Shown piece by piece: positions 1 through 10,354 of a stretch of DNA of 64,000 bases. The notes under the pieces were generated by a model. That model was not told the origin of the DNA and made no database searches. It saw only the letters and a list, made by a program, of their open reading frames with translations. Numbering within the stretch: position 1 is the stretch's first letter; every line of letters starts with the position of its first letter. Where the stretch lies: positions 1,088,001 through 1,152,000 of the forward strand of contig CAXXMV010000002.1 in assembly GCA_963662285.2 (NCBI GenBank). The letters are read 5' to 3'. Source of the stretch: a bacterium (GTDB lineage: Bacteria > Hinthialibacterota > Hinthialibacteria > Hinthialibacterales > Hinthialibacteraceae). Position numbers and translations under genes: made by a program.

Positions 1-183
1 AAATCTTTTGATGGTCGTGGTAATTACGCTATCGGCATACAAGAGCAGTTGATCTTTCCTGAAATAAGTTTTGATGATGTGGTTAAAAATCAGGGAATGG
101 ATATTGTATTCGTAACCTCAGCTCCGACTGATGAAGAAGCGCGTAAACTTCTCAAAATGTTCGGAATGCCTTTCCGTAGTTAA
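1..183 (+). CDS. rplE: 50S ribosomal protein L5 (3' partial)
   Basis: Frame 1 reads [22 protein letters not shown]...GMDIVFVT...FGMPFRS*, the L5 C-terminus; lies before S14 as in the spc operon. Confidence 0.97.
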   Translation, partial: KSFDGRGNYAIGIQEQLIFPEISFDDVVKNQGMDIVFVTSAPTDEEARKLLKMFGMPFRS

Positions 184-195
184 GGAGAATAACTC

Positions 196-381
196 ATGGC
201 GAAGAAAAGCATGATAATCAAGGCTTCCAGGTCTCATAAATATAGCGTCAGAGATTATAACCGTTGTCAACGATGCGGACGCGTTAGAGGTTACTACCGT
301 AAGTTCAGCCTTTGTCGCATTTGTTTACGAGAATTGGCTCTACAAGGATACATCCCGGGAATGACCAAATCTAGCTGGTAA
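196..381 (+). CDS. rpsN: 30S ribosomal protein S14 (zinc-binding type Z)
   Basis: 61 aa, RCQRCGR...[10 protein letters not shown]...PGMTKSSW. Confidence 0.98.
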   Translation: MAKKSMIIKASRSHKYSVRDYNRCQRCGRVRGYYRKFSLCRICLRELALQGYIPGMTKSSW

Positions 382-414
382 TTTTATAATGATAGTAATA
401 AAGGAGTCGGCATT

Positions 415-813
415 ATGTTGACGACTGATCCCATTGCGGACCTTTTGACCAGAATCCGTAATGCGAACATAGCAAGCAAAGAAAAAGTTGATATACCTGC
501 TTCTAAAATGAAGCAATCAATCATCGATCTTCTTAAACGTGAAGGATACATCCGGAGTTACCGGATCGTAGACGACAAAGGACACAAGGTAATCCGTGTT
601 TTCATGAAATACGGAACCAAGCAGGAAAAAGTTATTACCCGCTTGGAAAGAGTTAGCAAACCTAGTGTTCGCAGGTATGTTAATAAAGATAATATTCCGC
701 GTGTTATCAATGGTTTAGGAATTGCCATCATTTCTACCTCTCGCGGCATCATGACAGATCGTGATGCTCGTAAACAGGGAATCGGTGGGGAAATTCTTTG
801 TAAAATTTGGTAA
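415..813 (+). CDS. rpsH: 30S ribosomal protein S8
   Basis: DPIADLLTRIRNA; STSRGIMTD; GGEILC. Confidence 0.98.
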   Translation: MLTTDPIADLLTRIRNANIASKEKVDIPASKMKQSIIDLLKREGYIRSYRIVDDKGHKVIRVFMKYGTKQEKVITRLERVSKPSVRRYVNKDNIPRVINGLGIAIISTSRGIMTDRDARKQGIGGEILCKIW

Positions 814-854
814 TACAGGTTCGTTAAAGAAATTCTAGACGCGAGAAAAAAATC

Positions 855-1391
855 ATGTCACGAGTCGGACGTCAACCAATATCTATCCCTTCTGAAGTAC
901 AGGTTACTCTTGAAGCTAACCACATCTTCATTAAAGGATCTAAAGGACAGATGGAATGGGATATTCCTGAGCCTATTACTGTCAAGCAGGAAAACGATGA
1001 AATTCTTGTAGAGCGTCCCAATGACGAGCGCCAAAACAAGGCGCTTCATGGTACCAGTAGGGCTTTAATCGCCAATATGGTAACCGGCGTTTCGCAAGGT
1101 TTTGAGAGAAAATTAGAGATTAACGGCGTCGGTTATCGCGCCAATGCTGAAGGCAGCATTCTTAATCTCGAATTAGGCTATTCTCATCCTATTAAGTACA
1201 AACTACCCGATGGGATCACTGCTGAAGTCGAAAAGAATGTCAATATTACGCTTCGCGGCATCGATAAACAGGTTCTAGGCGAAGCTGCCGCCAAGGTTCG
1301 TTCCTTCCGGCCACCGGAACCATACAAAGGTAAAGGCGTTAAATATGAGGGTGAGCATATTAGACGCAAGGTCGGAAAGAAAAACGTCTAA
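855..1391 (+). CDS. rplF: 50S ribosomal protein L6
   Basis: MSRVGRQPI; RPPEPYKGKGVKY. Confidence 0.98.
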   Translation: MSRVGRQPISIPSEVQVTLEANHIFIKGSKGQMEWDIPEPITVKQENDEILVERPNDERQNKALHGTSRALIANMVTGVSQGFERKLEINGVGYRANAEGSILNLELGYSHPIKYKLPDGITAEVEKNVNITLRGIDKQVLGEAAAKVRSFRPPEPYKGKGVKYEGEHIRRKVGKKNV

Positions 1392-1434
1392 TATATTAAC
1401 ATAATTAACGTAATTAAGTTGGTAGGCAAAAGCC

Positions 1435-1803
1435 ATGAAGAAAATCAAAAACGCACGAATTCGCCGACATATACGAGTACGGAAAAAAGTGAAAGGCACG
1501 GAAATCAGGCCTAGGCTTGTCGTTTTCCGCAGTTCTAAGCATATTTACGTGCAAGCAATTAACGATCTGGATGGAAATACTATTGTATCTGCATCCAGTA
1601 TTAAGCCATCTGATCTTCCTTCCATTGATAAAGAAGGTATTAGCGGCAAAATTAAAACTGCTATGGCGGTTGGCAAACTGATCGCTCAGCGTCTTAAAGA
1701 TAAAGGCATTGAATCAGCGGTATTTGACCGGGGTGGCTTCCTTTATCATGGTCGTGTTGCTGCAGTTGCAGACGGCGCTAGAGATGGCGGAATTAATTTT
1801 TAA
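1435..1803 (+). CDS. rplR: 50S ribosomal protein L18
   Basis: [16 protein letters not shown]; [13 protein letters not shown]. Confidence 0.98.
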   Translation: MKKIKNARIRRHIRVRKKVKGTEIRPRLVVFRSSKHIYVQAINDLDGNTIVSASSIKPSDLPSIDKEGISGKIKTAMAVGKLIAQRLKDKGIESAVFDRGGFLYHGRVAAVADGARDGGINF

Positions 1804-1830
1804 TTGCCTCGGCGAAAAGGATGATAAACG

Positions 1831-2346
1831 ATGGTTGATGTTTTGAGAGTAGATCGGCACAAAAAAGATACCGAATTTAAAGAACGCGTTATTCATGTCA
1901 ATCGCGTTGATAAAGTTGTAAAAGGCGGTCGCCGCTTTAGTTTCAGCGCCCTGGTGGTTGTTGGAAACGAAAAAGGCAAAGTCGGCATTGGATACGGCAA
2001 AGCCGGTGAAGTCGCCAATGCAATTCGTAAAGCCATCGAACAGGCTAAAAAGAGTATGTTCAGCGTTCCTCTCAAGCGCGGTACTATTCCACATGAAGTA
2101 TTTGAAAAATTTAGTGCAGGAAAAGTTCTTTTGAAGCCTGCTTCCCGTGGTACTGGAGTTATCGCTGGTGGTCCAGTTCGCGCCATTTTGGAAGTTGCTG
2201 GAGTAAAAGATATCCTGGCTAAATCTCTTGGCAGCAGTAATCCCTTAAATATCGCTAAGGCGACTATTCGTGGCTTACAAGCTTTGAAAGATTTGGATAC
2301 CGTTGCTCTGCTGCGAGGCAAAGATCCAAGTGAAATTCTGGGTTAA
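1831..2346 (+). CDS. rpsE: 30S ribosomal protein S5
   Basis: [16 protein letters not shown]; GTGVIAGG. Confidence 0.98.
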   Translation: MVDVLRVDRHKKDTEFKERVIHVNRVDKVVKGGRRFSFSALVVVGNEKGKVGIGYGKAGEVANAIRKAIEQAKKSMFSVPLKRGTIPHEVFEKFSAGKVLLKPASRGTGVIAGGPVRAILEVAGVKDILAKSLGSSNPLNIAKATIRGLQALKDLDTVALLRGKDPSEILG

Positions 2347-2377
2347 TTAACCCTAGGTTTAACTCTCGCAAGGAGAT

Positions 2378-2575
2378 ATGAGCAATATGGCTAATAAATT
2401 TGAAGTAACATTAAAAAGAAGCTTAATCGGCAGTTTTCCTAAACACCGCAGAACTGCTAAAGCGTTAGGTCTACGTAAACTACATAAACCAATAATGGTG
2501 AATGACTCTCCACAAACTCGTGGAATGATCAAATCGATCGAGTATTTAGTAAGCGTACGAGAGTTGGAAGATTAA
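2378..2575 (+). CDS. rpmD: 50S ribosomal protein L30
   Basis: VTLKRSLIG...ALGLRK...RGMI; position between S5 and L15 (start may be the second Met). Confidence 0.95.
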   Translation: MSNMANKFEVTLKRSLIGSFPKHRRTAKALGLRKLHKPIMVNDSPQTRGMIKSIEYLVSVRELED

Positions 2576-2605
2576 AGCACTATCTTCGCGAAAGAGTATA
2601 CAATC

Positions 2606-3052
2606 ATGCAGATTGGTGAATTGAACGTACCCCATAAAAAAAGACGCAAACGTATTGGACGTGGTCCTGGCTCTGGATCCGGCAAAACGGCTGGACGAGG
2701 AGCTAACGGACAGCGGTCACGGTCTGGCTACTCCAGGCGCGCTTGGTTTGAAGGTGGTCAGATGCCTCTTCAAAGACGAGTCCCAAAACGTGGATTTAAA
2801 CCATTAAACAAACTATATTATCAACTGATAAATTTGATTTCTCTTGATAAATTTGATGAAGGTCAAACAATCGACCTGGCTTTTATGAAAGAAGTCGGTT
2901 TGATCAAGAACGTCGAACGTAAAGTTAAGATTCTCGGCAATGGCGAACTGACCAAAAAACTTGTTGTTCATGCTGATGCATTCAGCAAATCAGCAATTGA
3001 AAAGATCGCTAAAGCTGGGGGAGAAACCTCAATACTTGAACGTTCCGCTTGA
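2606..3052 (+). CDS. rplO: 50S ribosomal protein L15
   Basis: RIGRGPGSGSGKTAGRG; FEGGQMPLQRRVPKRGF. Confidence 0.98.
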   Translation: MQIGELNVPHKKRRKRIGRGPGSGSGKTAGRGANGQRSRSGYSRRAWFEGGQMPLQRRVPKRGFKPLNKLYYQLINLISLDKFDEGQTIDLAFMKEVGLIKNVERKVKILGNGELTKKLVVHADAFSKSAIEKIAKAGGETSILERSA

Positions 3053-3106
3053 AGCTCTATTTCACATTAAAAGATGATCATCGCGGGATAAAGGACATTA
3101 GTTGAA

Positions 3107-4471
3107 ATGATTGATGCGATAGCAAATATATTTCGCATACCTGATCTTCGGAAGCGGGTAATATTTACTTTTGGTGTTCTGGCTTTACTCCAGATAGGGA
3201 AATATTTACCCATCCCTGGTATTGATCCCACTCAAATTAAATTTGGAACACAGGGCGGCGGCGGTGGCCTTTTTAGTTTGGTCGATCTTTTCGCTGGCGG
3301 GGCCTTTAGCCAATGTTCTATTTTCGCCCTTGGCATCATGCCCTACATCAGCGCTTCGATTATTCTCCAACTTTTAACGGTTAGTTCTCCTTATTTAGAA
3401 GAATTATCTAAAAAAGGAGAAGAAGGCCGTAAAAAAATTAACCAATATACCCGTTATTTAACGGTTGCCATCACCGCTTTACAAGCCTTCATGCTCTCTT
3501 TCTCTTTTGAGAATGCAGATTCATGGGGCGCTATGGTTTATCAACCCGGTTGGACTTTCAAAATTCTTACTGTTTTTTCGATCTCCACCGGAACCATCAT
3601 AATTATGTGGCTTGGTGAACTCATAACTGAACGCGGCATCGGTAATGGCATATCTCTTATCATTTTCTTTAACATCGTTGCTCGCGTGCCTTCAGTTGCC
3701 GGTAAAGCTCTCAGTCTTTTACAAATGGAAGAACCTTCCTTCACACCACTGGATGGTCTGGCTGTTGCCGTCATGTGCGTCGTTGTTGTTGCTGGAGTAT
3801 GTTTGATTCAATATGGACAGCGCAGGGTTCCCATTAAGCGTGGTAGAGTGCAAAGAGGTAAGATGTACGGGGCGCAGGCAAATTCTTACCTTCCATTAAA
3901 AATTAATACTGCCGGCGTTATTCCTGTAATCTTTGCAGCTGCTATCATGATGCTGCCCGCAACTTTCTTGCAGTTTCTTACTCCACTACAAGGCAGCGAG
4001 AATGTAGTTGCGGCTTTTATTTACAATTCGCTAGATTTCTTTTCTAATTTGCTGATGCCTGGCAAGAGCATCTATACAATTCTCTATGTTGCTTTGATTG
4101 TTTTCTTCTGCTATTTCTATACAGCAATCACTTTCAATCCTAAGGATGTTGCTGAAAACCTTCAGAAATATGGTTCAACCATCCCTGGTTATAGTCATGG
4201 CAGAAAAACTGAAGAATATTTAAGCAGAATCCTTAATCGCATCACCCTGGCTGGCGCTGTTTTCCTGGCCGCTGTGGCTGTATTGCCCGATCTGGTAGGC
4301 AGATGGATGAAAATCGATCCAAGCATAACTAGCATTATGAGCGGTACTTCCATTATTATTATCGTTGGAGTTGCGCTGGATACTGTAAATCAAGTAGAAA
4401 ATCACCTTCGCGTCAGAAATTACGATGGTTTTAGAAAACGCGGTAAGATTCGCGGTCGTTCAGGAATGTAA
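3107..4471 (+). CDS. secY: Preprotein translocase subunit SecY
   Basis: SIFALGIMPYISASII; GIGNGISLIIF; AGVIPVIFA; multi-TM. Confidence 0.98.
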   Translation: MIDAIANIFRIPDLRKRVIFTFGVLALLQIGKYLPIPGIDPTQIKFGTQGGGGGLFSLVDLFAGGAFSQCSIFALGIMPYISASIILQLLTVSSPYLEELSKKGEEGRKKINQYTRYLTVAITALQAFMLSFSFENADSWGAMVYQPGWTFKILTVFSISTGTIIIMWLGELITERGIGNGISLIIFFNIVARVPSVAGKALSLLQMEEPSFTPLDGLAVAVMCVVVVAGVCLIQYGQRRVPIKRGRVQRGKMYGAQANSYLPLKINTAGVIPVIFAAAIMMLPATFLQFLTPLQGSENVVAAFIYNSLDFFSNLLMPGKSIYTILYVALIVFFCYFYTAITFNPKDVAENLQKYGSTIPGYSHGRKTEEYLSRILNRITLAGAVFLAAVAVLPDLVGRWMKIDPSITSIMSGTSIIIIVGVALDTVNQVENHLRVRNYDGFRKRGKIRGRSGM

Positions 4472-4601
4472 TTAAAGTCGAACACTGGTTTTTTAGATTC
4501 ATAAGGCTATAATTTCATTCTTGTATATTTACTCCGTAAAATATTAGGATTAATTTATATACATAAGCATTGATGAACATAGAAGGGTTTGCGCTGGGCG
4601 T

Positions 4602-5411
4602 ATGATTACGCTGAAATCATCTCAAGAGATTCAAAAACTGCAAGAAAGCGCCAATTTGGTATCAGAAGTACAGAACCAGATGATCGCAGTTGCTGAACCC
4701 GGAATAACTACAATTGAACTTGATCGATTGGCGGAAAAGCTGATCCGCGATGCTGGAGCTAAACCAGCCTTCAAAGGATACAGAGGTTTTCCATATACGG
4801 TTTGCATTTCTATAAACGAACAAGTGGTGCACGGCTTCCCCTCAAAGCGCAAAATCAAAGATGGGGATATATTAAGCCTTGATGTTGGAGTAGTTTATCA
4901 AGGATATGTAGGAGACTGCGCCAGAACAATCGGAATAGGAAATATCACTCCGGAAGAAGATCGATTAATACGGTTTTCTTACTATGCATTACAAGAAGCT
5001 TGCTCGGCTCTTCAAGTAGGAAATAGATTGGGCGATGTATCTCATACTGTAGAACGAATCGCTCGTGAAAATGGTTTCGGCGTTGTAAGAGATTTTGTGG
5101 GTCATGGAATTGGCAGAGAAATGCATGAAGACCCTCAGGTTCCAAATTATGGCAAACCTGGCTCCGGACCGAGATTAAAAACGGGTCTTGTTATTTGTAT
5201 AGAGCCGATGTTTAACGTTGGAACTTACGAAGTCGAAGTTTTACAAGATAGATGGACCGTTGTAACAAAAGACCGTCAAAAATCAGTCCATGTTGAAGAT
5301 ATGGTCGCTTTGCTTTCGGATGGTCCGAAAGTTCTGACTTCAGCTAAAGGCGTCATTCTTCCCGAAGAAACAACAGAATCAGCGGTGGAATTGGCTTCAG
5401 GGTCTATATAG
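4602..5411 (+). CDS. map: Type I methionine aminopeptidase
   Basis: CISINEQVVHG; GHGIGREMHEDP; IEPM. Confidence 0.97.
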   Translation: MITLKSSQEIQKLQESANLVSEVQNQMIAVAEPGITTIELDRLAEKLIRDAGAKPAFKGYRGFPYTVCISINEQVVHGFPSKRKIKDGDILSLDVGVVYQGYVGDCARTIGIGNITPEEDRLIRFSYYALQEACSALQVGNRLGDVSHTVERIARENGFGVVRDFVGHGIGREMHEDPQVPNYGKPGSGPRLKTGLVICIEPMFNVGTYEVEVLQDRWTVVTKDRQKSVHVEDMVALLSDGPKVLTSAKGVILPEETTESAVELASGSI

Positions 5412-5448
5412 AGTATTTTTTAAGAGATAAGATTCTCGGAAACCCATT

Positions 5449-5667
5449 ATGGCAAAGAAAAATGTAATTGAAGTACAAGGAAAAATAACAGAAACTTTGC
5501 CCAATGCGATGTTTCGAGTAGAACTTGAAAATGGACATAAGGTATTAGCGCATATATCTGGAAAGATGCGTATGCATTATATTCGCATCCTACCTGGTGA
5601 TGAGGTGACGGTTGAACTTTCACCATATGATTTAACCCGTGGCCGAATTACATATCGTAAGGCCTGA
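5449..5667 (+). CDS. infA: Translation initiation factor IF-1
   Basis: [14 protein letters not shown]; [12 protein letters not shown]. Confidence 0.98.
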   Translation: MAKKNVIEVQGKITETLPNAMFRVELENGHKVLAHISGKMRMHYIRILPGDEVTVELSPYDLTRGRITYRKA

Positions 5668-5708
5668 TGTAATATATCGTCCGCATCTTATGCGGCGGGA
5701 GAATAAAA

Positions 5709-5822
5709 ATGAAAGTTAAAGCATCTGTTAAACCTATCTGCGAACATTGTAAAGTGATTCGTCGTAAAGGAATAGTCCGGGTAATTTGCACCAATCCCAG
5801 GCACAAACAGCGGCAAGGCTAA
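5709..5822 (+). CDS. rpmJ: 50S ribosomal protein L36 (below the ORF-track size cutoff)
   Basis: Translated by hand: [37 protein letters not shown]. Confidence 0.97.
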   Translation: MKVKASVKPICEHCKVIRRKGIVRVICTNPRHKQRQG

Positions 5823-5850
5823 GTCTGTATAGAAATCAGGAGGTTGCACT

Positions 5851-6222
5851 GTGGCTCGTATAGCCGGCGTTGACTTGCCCAGAAACAAAAGAGTTGTTAT
5901 TGGGCTAACATATATTTATGGAATCGGAACCACTCTCTCTGGCAAGATTCTTAAATTAGCTAACGTGGATGAAAGCACCCGTGTTCAAGATCTTACAGAT
6001 GATGATATCACGAGAATTATCAGTATTATACAACGTGAGTTCGTTGTTGAAGGTGATCTACGCCGCGAAGTAAATATGAATATTAAGCGGCTTATGGACA
6101 TTGGCAGTTATAGAGGACTTCGTCATAGAAGAAGCTTACCCGTTAGGGGACAGCGTACCCGAACTAATTCCCGTACGCGTAAAGGCCCTCGTCGCACCAT
6201 CGGCGCTCGGTCTAAAGGATAA
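5851..6222 (+). CDS. rpsM: 30S ribosomal protein S13
   Basis: GTG start after AGGAGG; [10 protein letters not shown]; [14 protein letters not shown]. Confidence 0.98.
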   Translation: MARIAGVDLPRNKRVVIGLTYIYGIGTTLSGKILKLANVDESTRVQDLTDDDITRIISIIQREFVVEGDLRREVNMNIKRLMDIGSYRGLRHRRSLPVRGQRTRTNSRTRKGPRRTIGARSKG

Positions 6223-6266
6223 TAAGATTAGTTTCCTGTTAAACTAGTTAAAAGGAGATACATGCT

Positions 6267-6662
6267 ATGGCACGCGGACGCGGAGCCGGTCGTGGCAAGA
6301 AAAAAGTCAAAAAGAACATCCCTCGCGGGATTGTTCATATACAAGCGACCTTCAATAACACTATCGTTACCATTACCGATATGCAAGGCAATGCTGTTTC
6401 ATGGGCAACTGCTGGAAATACCGGATTTAAAGGTTCGCGTAAAAGCACTCCTTACGCAGCTCAGATAACTGCCCAGGAAGCTGCTACCAAAGCTATGGAT
6501 CACGGTCTTGTAGAAGTCGAAGTACGTGTTAAGGGTCCTGGATCAGGTCGTGAAGCTGCCATTAGAGCTCTACAGATCGCAGGATTGAAAATTCGCATGA
6601 TTAGAGATGTAACGCCAATTCCACATAACGGATGTCGGCCGCCTCAGCGGCGCCGCGTGTAA
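6267..6662 (+). CDS. rpsK: 30S ribosomal protein S11
   Basis: [11 protein letters not shown]; [13 protein letters not shown]. Confidence 0.98.
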   Translation: MARGRGAGRGKKKVKKNIPRGIVHIQATFNNTIVTITDMQGNAVSWATAGNTGFKGSRKSTPYAAQITAQEAATKAMDHGLVEVEVRVKGPGSGREAAIRALQIAGLKIRMIRDVTPIPHNGCRPPQRRRV

Positions 6663-6704
6663 TTGTTATATACAGGAAATCCGTAAGAATTTAGGAGGAA
6701 AAAC

Positions 6705-7334
6705 GTGGCGCGATACCGAGGACCTGACTGTAAACTCTGCCGAGCGGACGGAGTTAAACTTTTTCTTAAAGGGAAAAAGTGCTTATCCGCCAAATGTCCT
6801 TTGAACAAAAGAGACTACCCACCTGGTATGCATGGTCAACGCCGGGGGCGCAAGCAGTCTGATTACGCCCTTCAGTTGCGTGAAAAGCAAAAGTGTAAGA
6901 GGTCTTATGGAGTTTTGGAGCGTCAGTTCCGCCGTTACTTCCATGAAGCCGACCGTATGAGAGGCATTACTGGCGAGAACCTTCTTCATTTGCTGGAAAG
7001 ACGATTGGATAACGTTATTTATCGTCTGGGATTCGCTTCCTCTCGCACTCAAGCTCGTCAACTTGTTCGACATAACCATATCATTGTTAATGGTATTAGA
7101 GTCAATATTCCTTCTTATCTAGTCCGTATTGGAGAAGATATTAAATTGAAGGAATCCAGCCGGGAAATTCCCGTCATTGTCGAATCAATGCAATTGCGTA
7201 GATCTATGGGCGGTTATGGCTGGCTTGAATCTGATTCGCAGAATTTTTCTGGCAGAATGACTCGATTACCGAATCTAGAAGAAATAGCCATTCCGGTGCA
7301 GGAGCAGTTCATCGTAGAGTTGTACTCCAAATAA
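6705..7334 (+). CDS. rpsD: 30S ribosomal protein S4
   Basis: MARYRGPDCKLCR; LERRLDNVIYRLGF; IVELYSK. Confidence 0.98.
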   Translation: MARYRGPDCKLCRADGVKLFLKGKKCLSAKCPLNKRDYPPGMHGQRRGRKQSDYALQLREKQKCKRSYGVLERQFRRYFHEADRMRGITGENLLHLLERRLDNVIYRLGFASSRTQARQLVRHNHIIVNGIRVNIPSYLVRIGEDIKLKESSREIPVIVESMQLRRSMGGYGWLESDSQNFSGRMTRLPNLEEIAIPVQEQFIVELYSK

Positions 7335-7432
7335 TGGAGTTCGAGAATATGAATAGACAGAACCGGTCTGGTAGAACAAATTTTTACCCACTTCACAATT
7401 TTTATTGTGCGGCAAAGGGGGAATAACATTCC

Positions 7433-8509
7433 ATGAAGTTCAAACCAGTCGTTATGCCAGGTCGAGTTAGAATCGATCAAGCCTCTGAAAACGAGCGGTA
7501 TGGCAAATTTGTTGTTGAACCACTTGAACGAGGTTTCGGAACGACCCTGGGAAGCTCCTTGCGACGGGTTTTGCTCTCTTCCATTCAGGGAGCAGCAGTG
7601 AAAGCGGTGCGCATTGAAGGAGTATTGCAGGAAGTCGCCTACATTCCGGGCGTAGTTGAAGATGTAACTGATATTATTTTGAACATAAAAGGATTACGCG
7701 TTAAAAATCATCGTAATGGCCCTGTAACTCTTTATCTGCAAACTTCTGGAGATAAAGATGTAAAAGCCAGCGATATTGAAGCTAATTCTGATGTTGAAAT
7801 TCTAAATCCTAATCACCATATTGCTACTTTAGATAAAGATGGCGAACTGGAAATGGAATTGTACGTCGATGTTGGAAGAGGTTATACTTCTGCTGAAATT
7901 CTCGATAAAAAAGCAGATTCCTTTCCTATCAATACTATCATGATTGATGCTATCTATACGCCTATCGAGAGGATTAAGTATATAGTTGAAAACGCTCGAG
8001 TTGGCGATATCACTGATTATGACCGTTTGATTATGGAAATATGGACTGATGGAACTGTCACTCCTCAAGATGCTTTGGCCTATTCCGCCAAAATTTTGAA
8101 GGATCACCTTTTCCTCTTCATTAACTTCCCTGACGAAGATGATGTTCCTGTTGAAACTGAAGAGAAGAAAGAAGAAACTGTCAATCCATATCTCTCCAAA
8201 GGCGTTGAAGAACTCGAACTTTCAGTTCGCGCTTACAATTGCCTCAAGGCGGCTAATATAAAATCAATTGGTGAACTTGTTTCCAAAACCGAAAATGAAA
8301 TGCTTAAATATCGTAACTTTGGGAAAAAATCACTTACTGAAATTAAAGAAGTTCTGACTAAATATGGATTATATCTGGGCATGGATCCCAATCAGATGAA
8401 TAACGAATCCATTCAACAGGATCCCAATATTGTACCTGCACTGCTTAAAGACGAAGATGATCTTGATGCGGCGCCAATTAACTTTGACGATGAGGATGAG
8501 GACATTTAG
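7433..8509 (+). CDS. rpoA: RNA polymerase alpha subunit
   Basis: EPLERGFGTTLG; LELSVRAYNCLK; RNFGKKSL; acidic C-terminal tail. Confidence 0.98.
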   Translation: MKFKPVVMPGRVRIDQASENERYGKFVVEPLERGFGTTLGSSLRRVLLSSIQGAAVKAVRIEGVLQEVAYIPGVVEDVTDIILNIKGLRVKNHRNGPVTLYLQTSGDKDVKASDIEANSDVEILNPNHHIATLDKDGELEMELYVDVGRGYTSAEILDKKADSFPINTIMIDAIYTPIERIKYIVENARVGDITDYDRLIMEIWTDGTVTPQDALAYSAKILKDHLFLFINFPDEDDVPVETEEKKEETVNPYLSKGVEELELSVRAYNCLKAANIKSIGELVSKTENEMLKYRNFGKKSLTEIKEVLTKYGLYLGMDPNQMNNESIQQDPNIVPALLKDEDDLDAAPINFDDEDEDI

Positions 8510-8544
8510 TCCTGATTATCTATTGTTACTGGAGTAATCGACAA

Positions 8545-8922
8545 ATGAATCATAAAATTAAAGGACGTAAGTTAGGCCGTACTTCTTCTCATCGAGAGGC
8601 GATGCAGGCTAATCAGGCGATTTCCCTCTTTCGATATGGCCGAATTAAGACCACCCTGGCCAAATCTAAAGAGTTGAGGCGCGTCGTTGAGCCATTGATT
8701 ACTGCGGCCAAAGACGATTCTGTTCACGCCAGGCGAAAAGTTGCTAAAACTATTGGTGATAAAACCATAATTAAAAAACTTTTCACTGAAATTGCTCCCG
8801 AATTCAAGGATCGACCAGGCGGCTATACCCAAATTTTCAGGCTTGGACCACGAACCAATGATGGAGCGCAAATGTCTATTATCCAACTTGTTGGATATGA
8901 AATTCCTGAAGACGACAAATAA
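8545..8922 (+). CDS. rplQ: 50S ribosomal protein L17
   Basis: GRKLGRTSSHR; RPGGYT. Confidence 0.98.
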   Translation: MNHKIKGRKLGRTSSHREAMQANQAISLFRYGRIKTTLAKSKELRRVVEPLITAAKDDSVHARRKVAKTIGDKTIIKKLFTEIAPEFKDRPGGYTQIFRLGPRTNDGAQMSIIQLVGYEIPEDDK

Positions 8923-8945
8923 TTATCGGTATTGATTATTTAGAT

Positions 8946-8990
8946 AATTAAAAAGGCTTGTCATCATTATGATGACAAGCCTTTTTAATT
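8946..8990. terminator. Bidirectional intrinsic terminator
   Basis: Perfect inverted repeat aattaaaaaggcttgtcatca-tta-tgatgacaagcctttttaatt between convergent rplQ and hemolysin III gene. Confidence 0.9.
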
Positions 8991-9046
8991 ACATCATTTC
9001 AAAAAAATTTAGTATGCAATACTCTCTCTGGTCTGTATGTTTATAA

Positions 9047-9724
9047 TCAGGATAATGGCAGCACATAGAAAAAGATCGCTAAAAAATGACATACACTACC
9101 CGCAAGTACAAAACAATGCCAGATGGCGTGGTGATATAACCATTGCTTATTAATATAAAACACAATCCCGAATGTATATGCGCATCCACCGGCAATCAGC
9201 CATATAACTCCTGGCAGCGGAACGGCGGCTATCAGTGGTTTGAAGGCGATAACAACTATCCAGCCCATGAGTATATAAAAAATAGAGGACATGATTCTCC
9301 ATCGTCCTGTCATCATGATTTTGAATATAATCCCGACCAGAGCGCATCCCCATATTGTTCCAAATAACGACCAGCCCCAGGTTCCCCGTAAACTGACCAA
9401 TGTAAACGGCGTGTATGTTCCAGCAATGAGAAGATAAATTGAAACATGATCTAATATCCGAAATATGTGTTTGAGGCGCGGAGAACGAAACGCATGGTAT
9501 AAGGTGGATGAAAGATACAATATAACCAGTGCGGCGCCATAGATGCTGAAACTGACAATTCTCCAAACGTCGCCATATAGCGCAGCCAATGTAACCAATA
9601 GGCTGAGAGCCGCCACGCTGAGCAACGTTCCCACAAAATGAGTAATGACATTAGCAAATTCTTCTTTAGGTTTATAAGCCTGCACATCTTCTTTGCACGT
9701 AGTGGATTCCATCTCTATACTCAC
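9047..9724 (-). CDS. Hemolysin III / PAQR family membrane protein
   Basis: EEFANVITH; SSTLYH; LDHVSIYLLIAGTYTP; HAIWHCFVLAG. Confidence 0.95.
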   Translation of the reverse strand: MSIEMESTTCKEDVQAYKPKEEFANVITHFVGTLLSVAALSLLVTLAALYGDVWRIVSFSIYGAALVILYLSSTLYHAFRSPRLKHIFRILDHVSIYLLIAGTYTPFTLVSLRGTWGWSLFGTIWGCALVGIIFKIMMTGRWRIMSSIFYILMGWIVVIAFKPLIAAVPLPGVIWLIAGGCAYTFGIVFYINKQWLYHHAIWHCFVLAGSVCHFLAIFFYVLPLS

Positions 9725-10048
9725 ATTTTAGAATGATCAGCAAAATCATGATCATTCATTATCGCGTTTTGTCTTATAAAAGCCAATCTTTATGGAAATA
9801 TAAAAACGTTAATAAGAACATTTTGATCAATAACTCAATATAAATACCAAAGAATAAATCTCTCTCCTAAAATCTTCTTTCATACAATAATACTTTCGAA
9901 TGAATGTATGGAAACAAATTAAATTCATAAATATGACGAATGTATCTTTCCAATTAGAATACATTTAATTAAAGTATTAAAGATTCGATATATCCATCTA
10001 TCGAAGAATCTGAAAACCGTAAGAATAAAAAAAACAAGAAAGGCTTTA

Positions 10049-10294
10049 ATGATGAACAACACAGAAATTCTAGCAAAAGTAAAAAAAGTAATTGCCAATG
10101 TCTTAAAATTGAATGAAAACGATATTAAAGATGATGCTAATTTTATCTTTGATCTTGGGGCGGATTCACGGCAGAGTCTCGAACTTGTGGCTGCATTTGA
10201 AGAAGAATTTGACATTGAAATGGATGAAGAGGGCGCTTTGGAAATTCAAACCGTAACCGGCGCCGGTGATTTTATATCCAATATCATAAATTAA
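10049..10294 (+). CDS. Acyl carrier protein
   Basis: Small acidic protein with DLGADS phosphopantetheine site and EEEFDIEM. Confidence 0.9.
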   Translation: MMNNTEILAKVKKVIANVLKLNENDIKDDANFIFDLGADSRQSLELVAAFEEEFDIEMDEEGALEIQTVTGAGDFISNIIN

Positions 10295-10354
10295 TCTTAT
10301 GTTATTACATTCATTTTCATAATTAAACTGCACAATACAACAAAGGGGAGTGAC

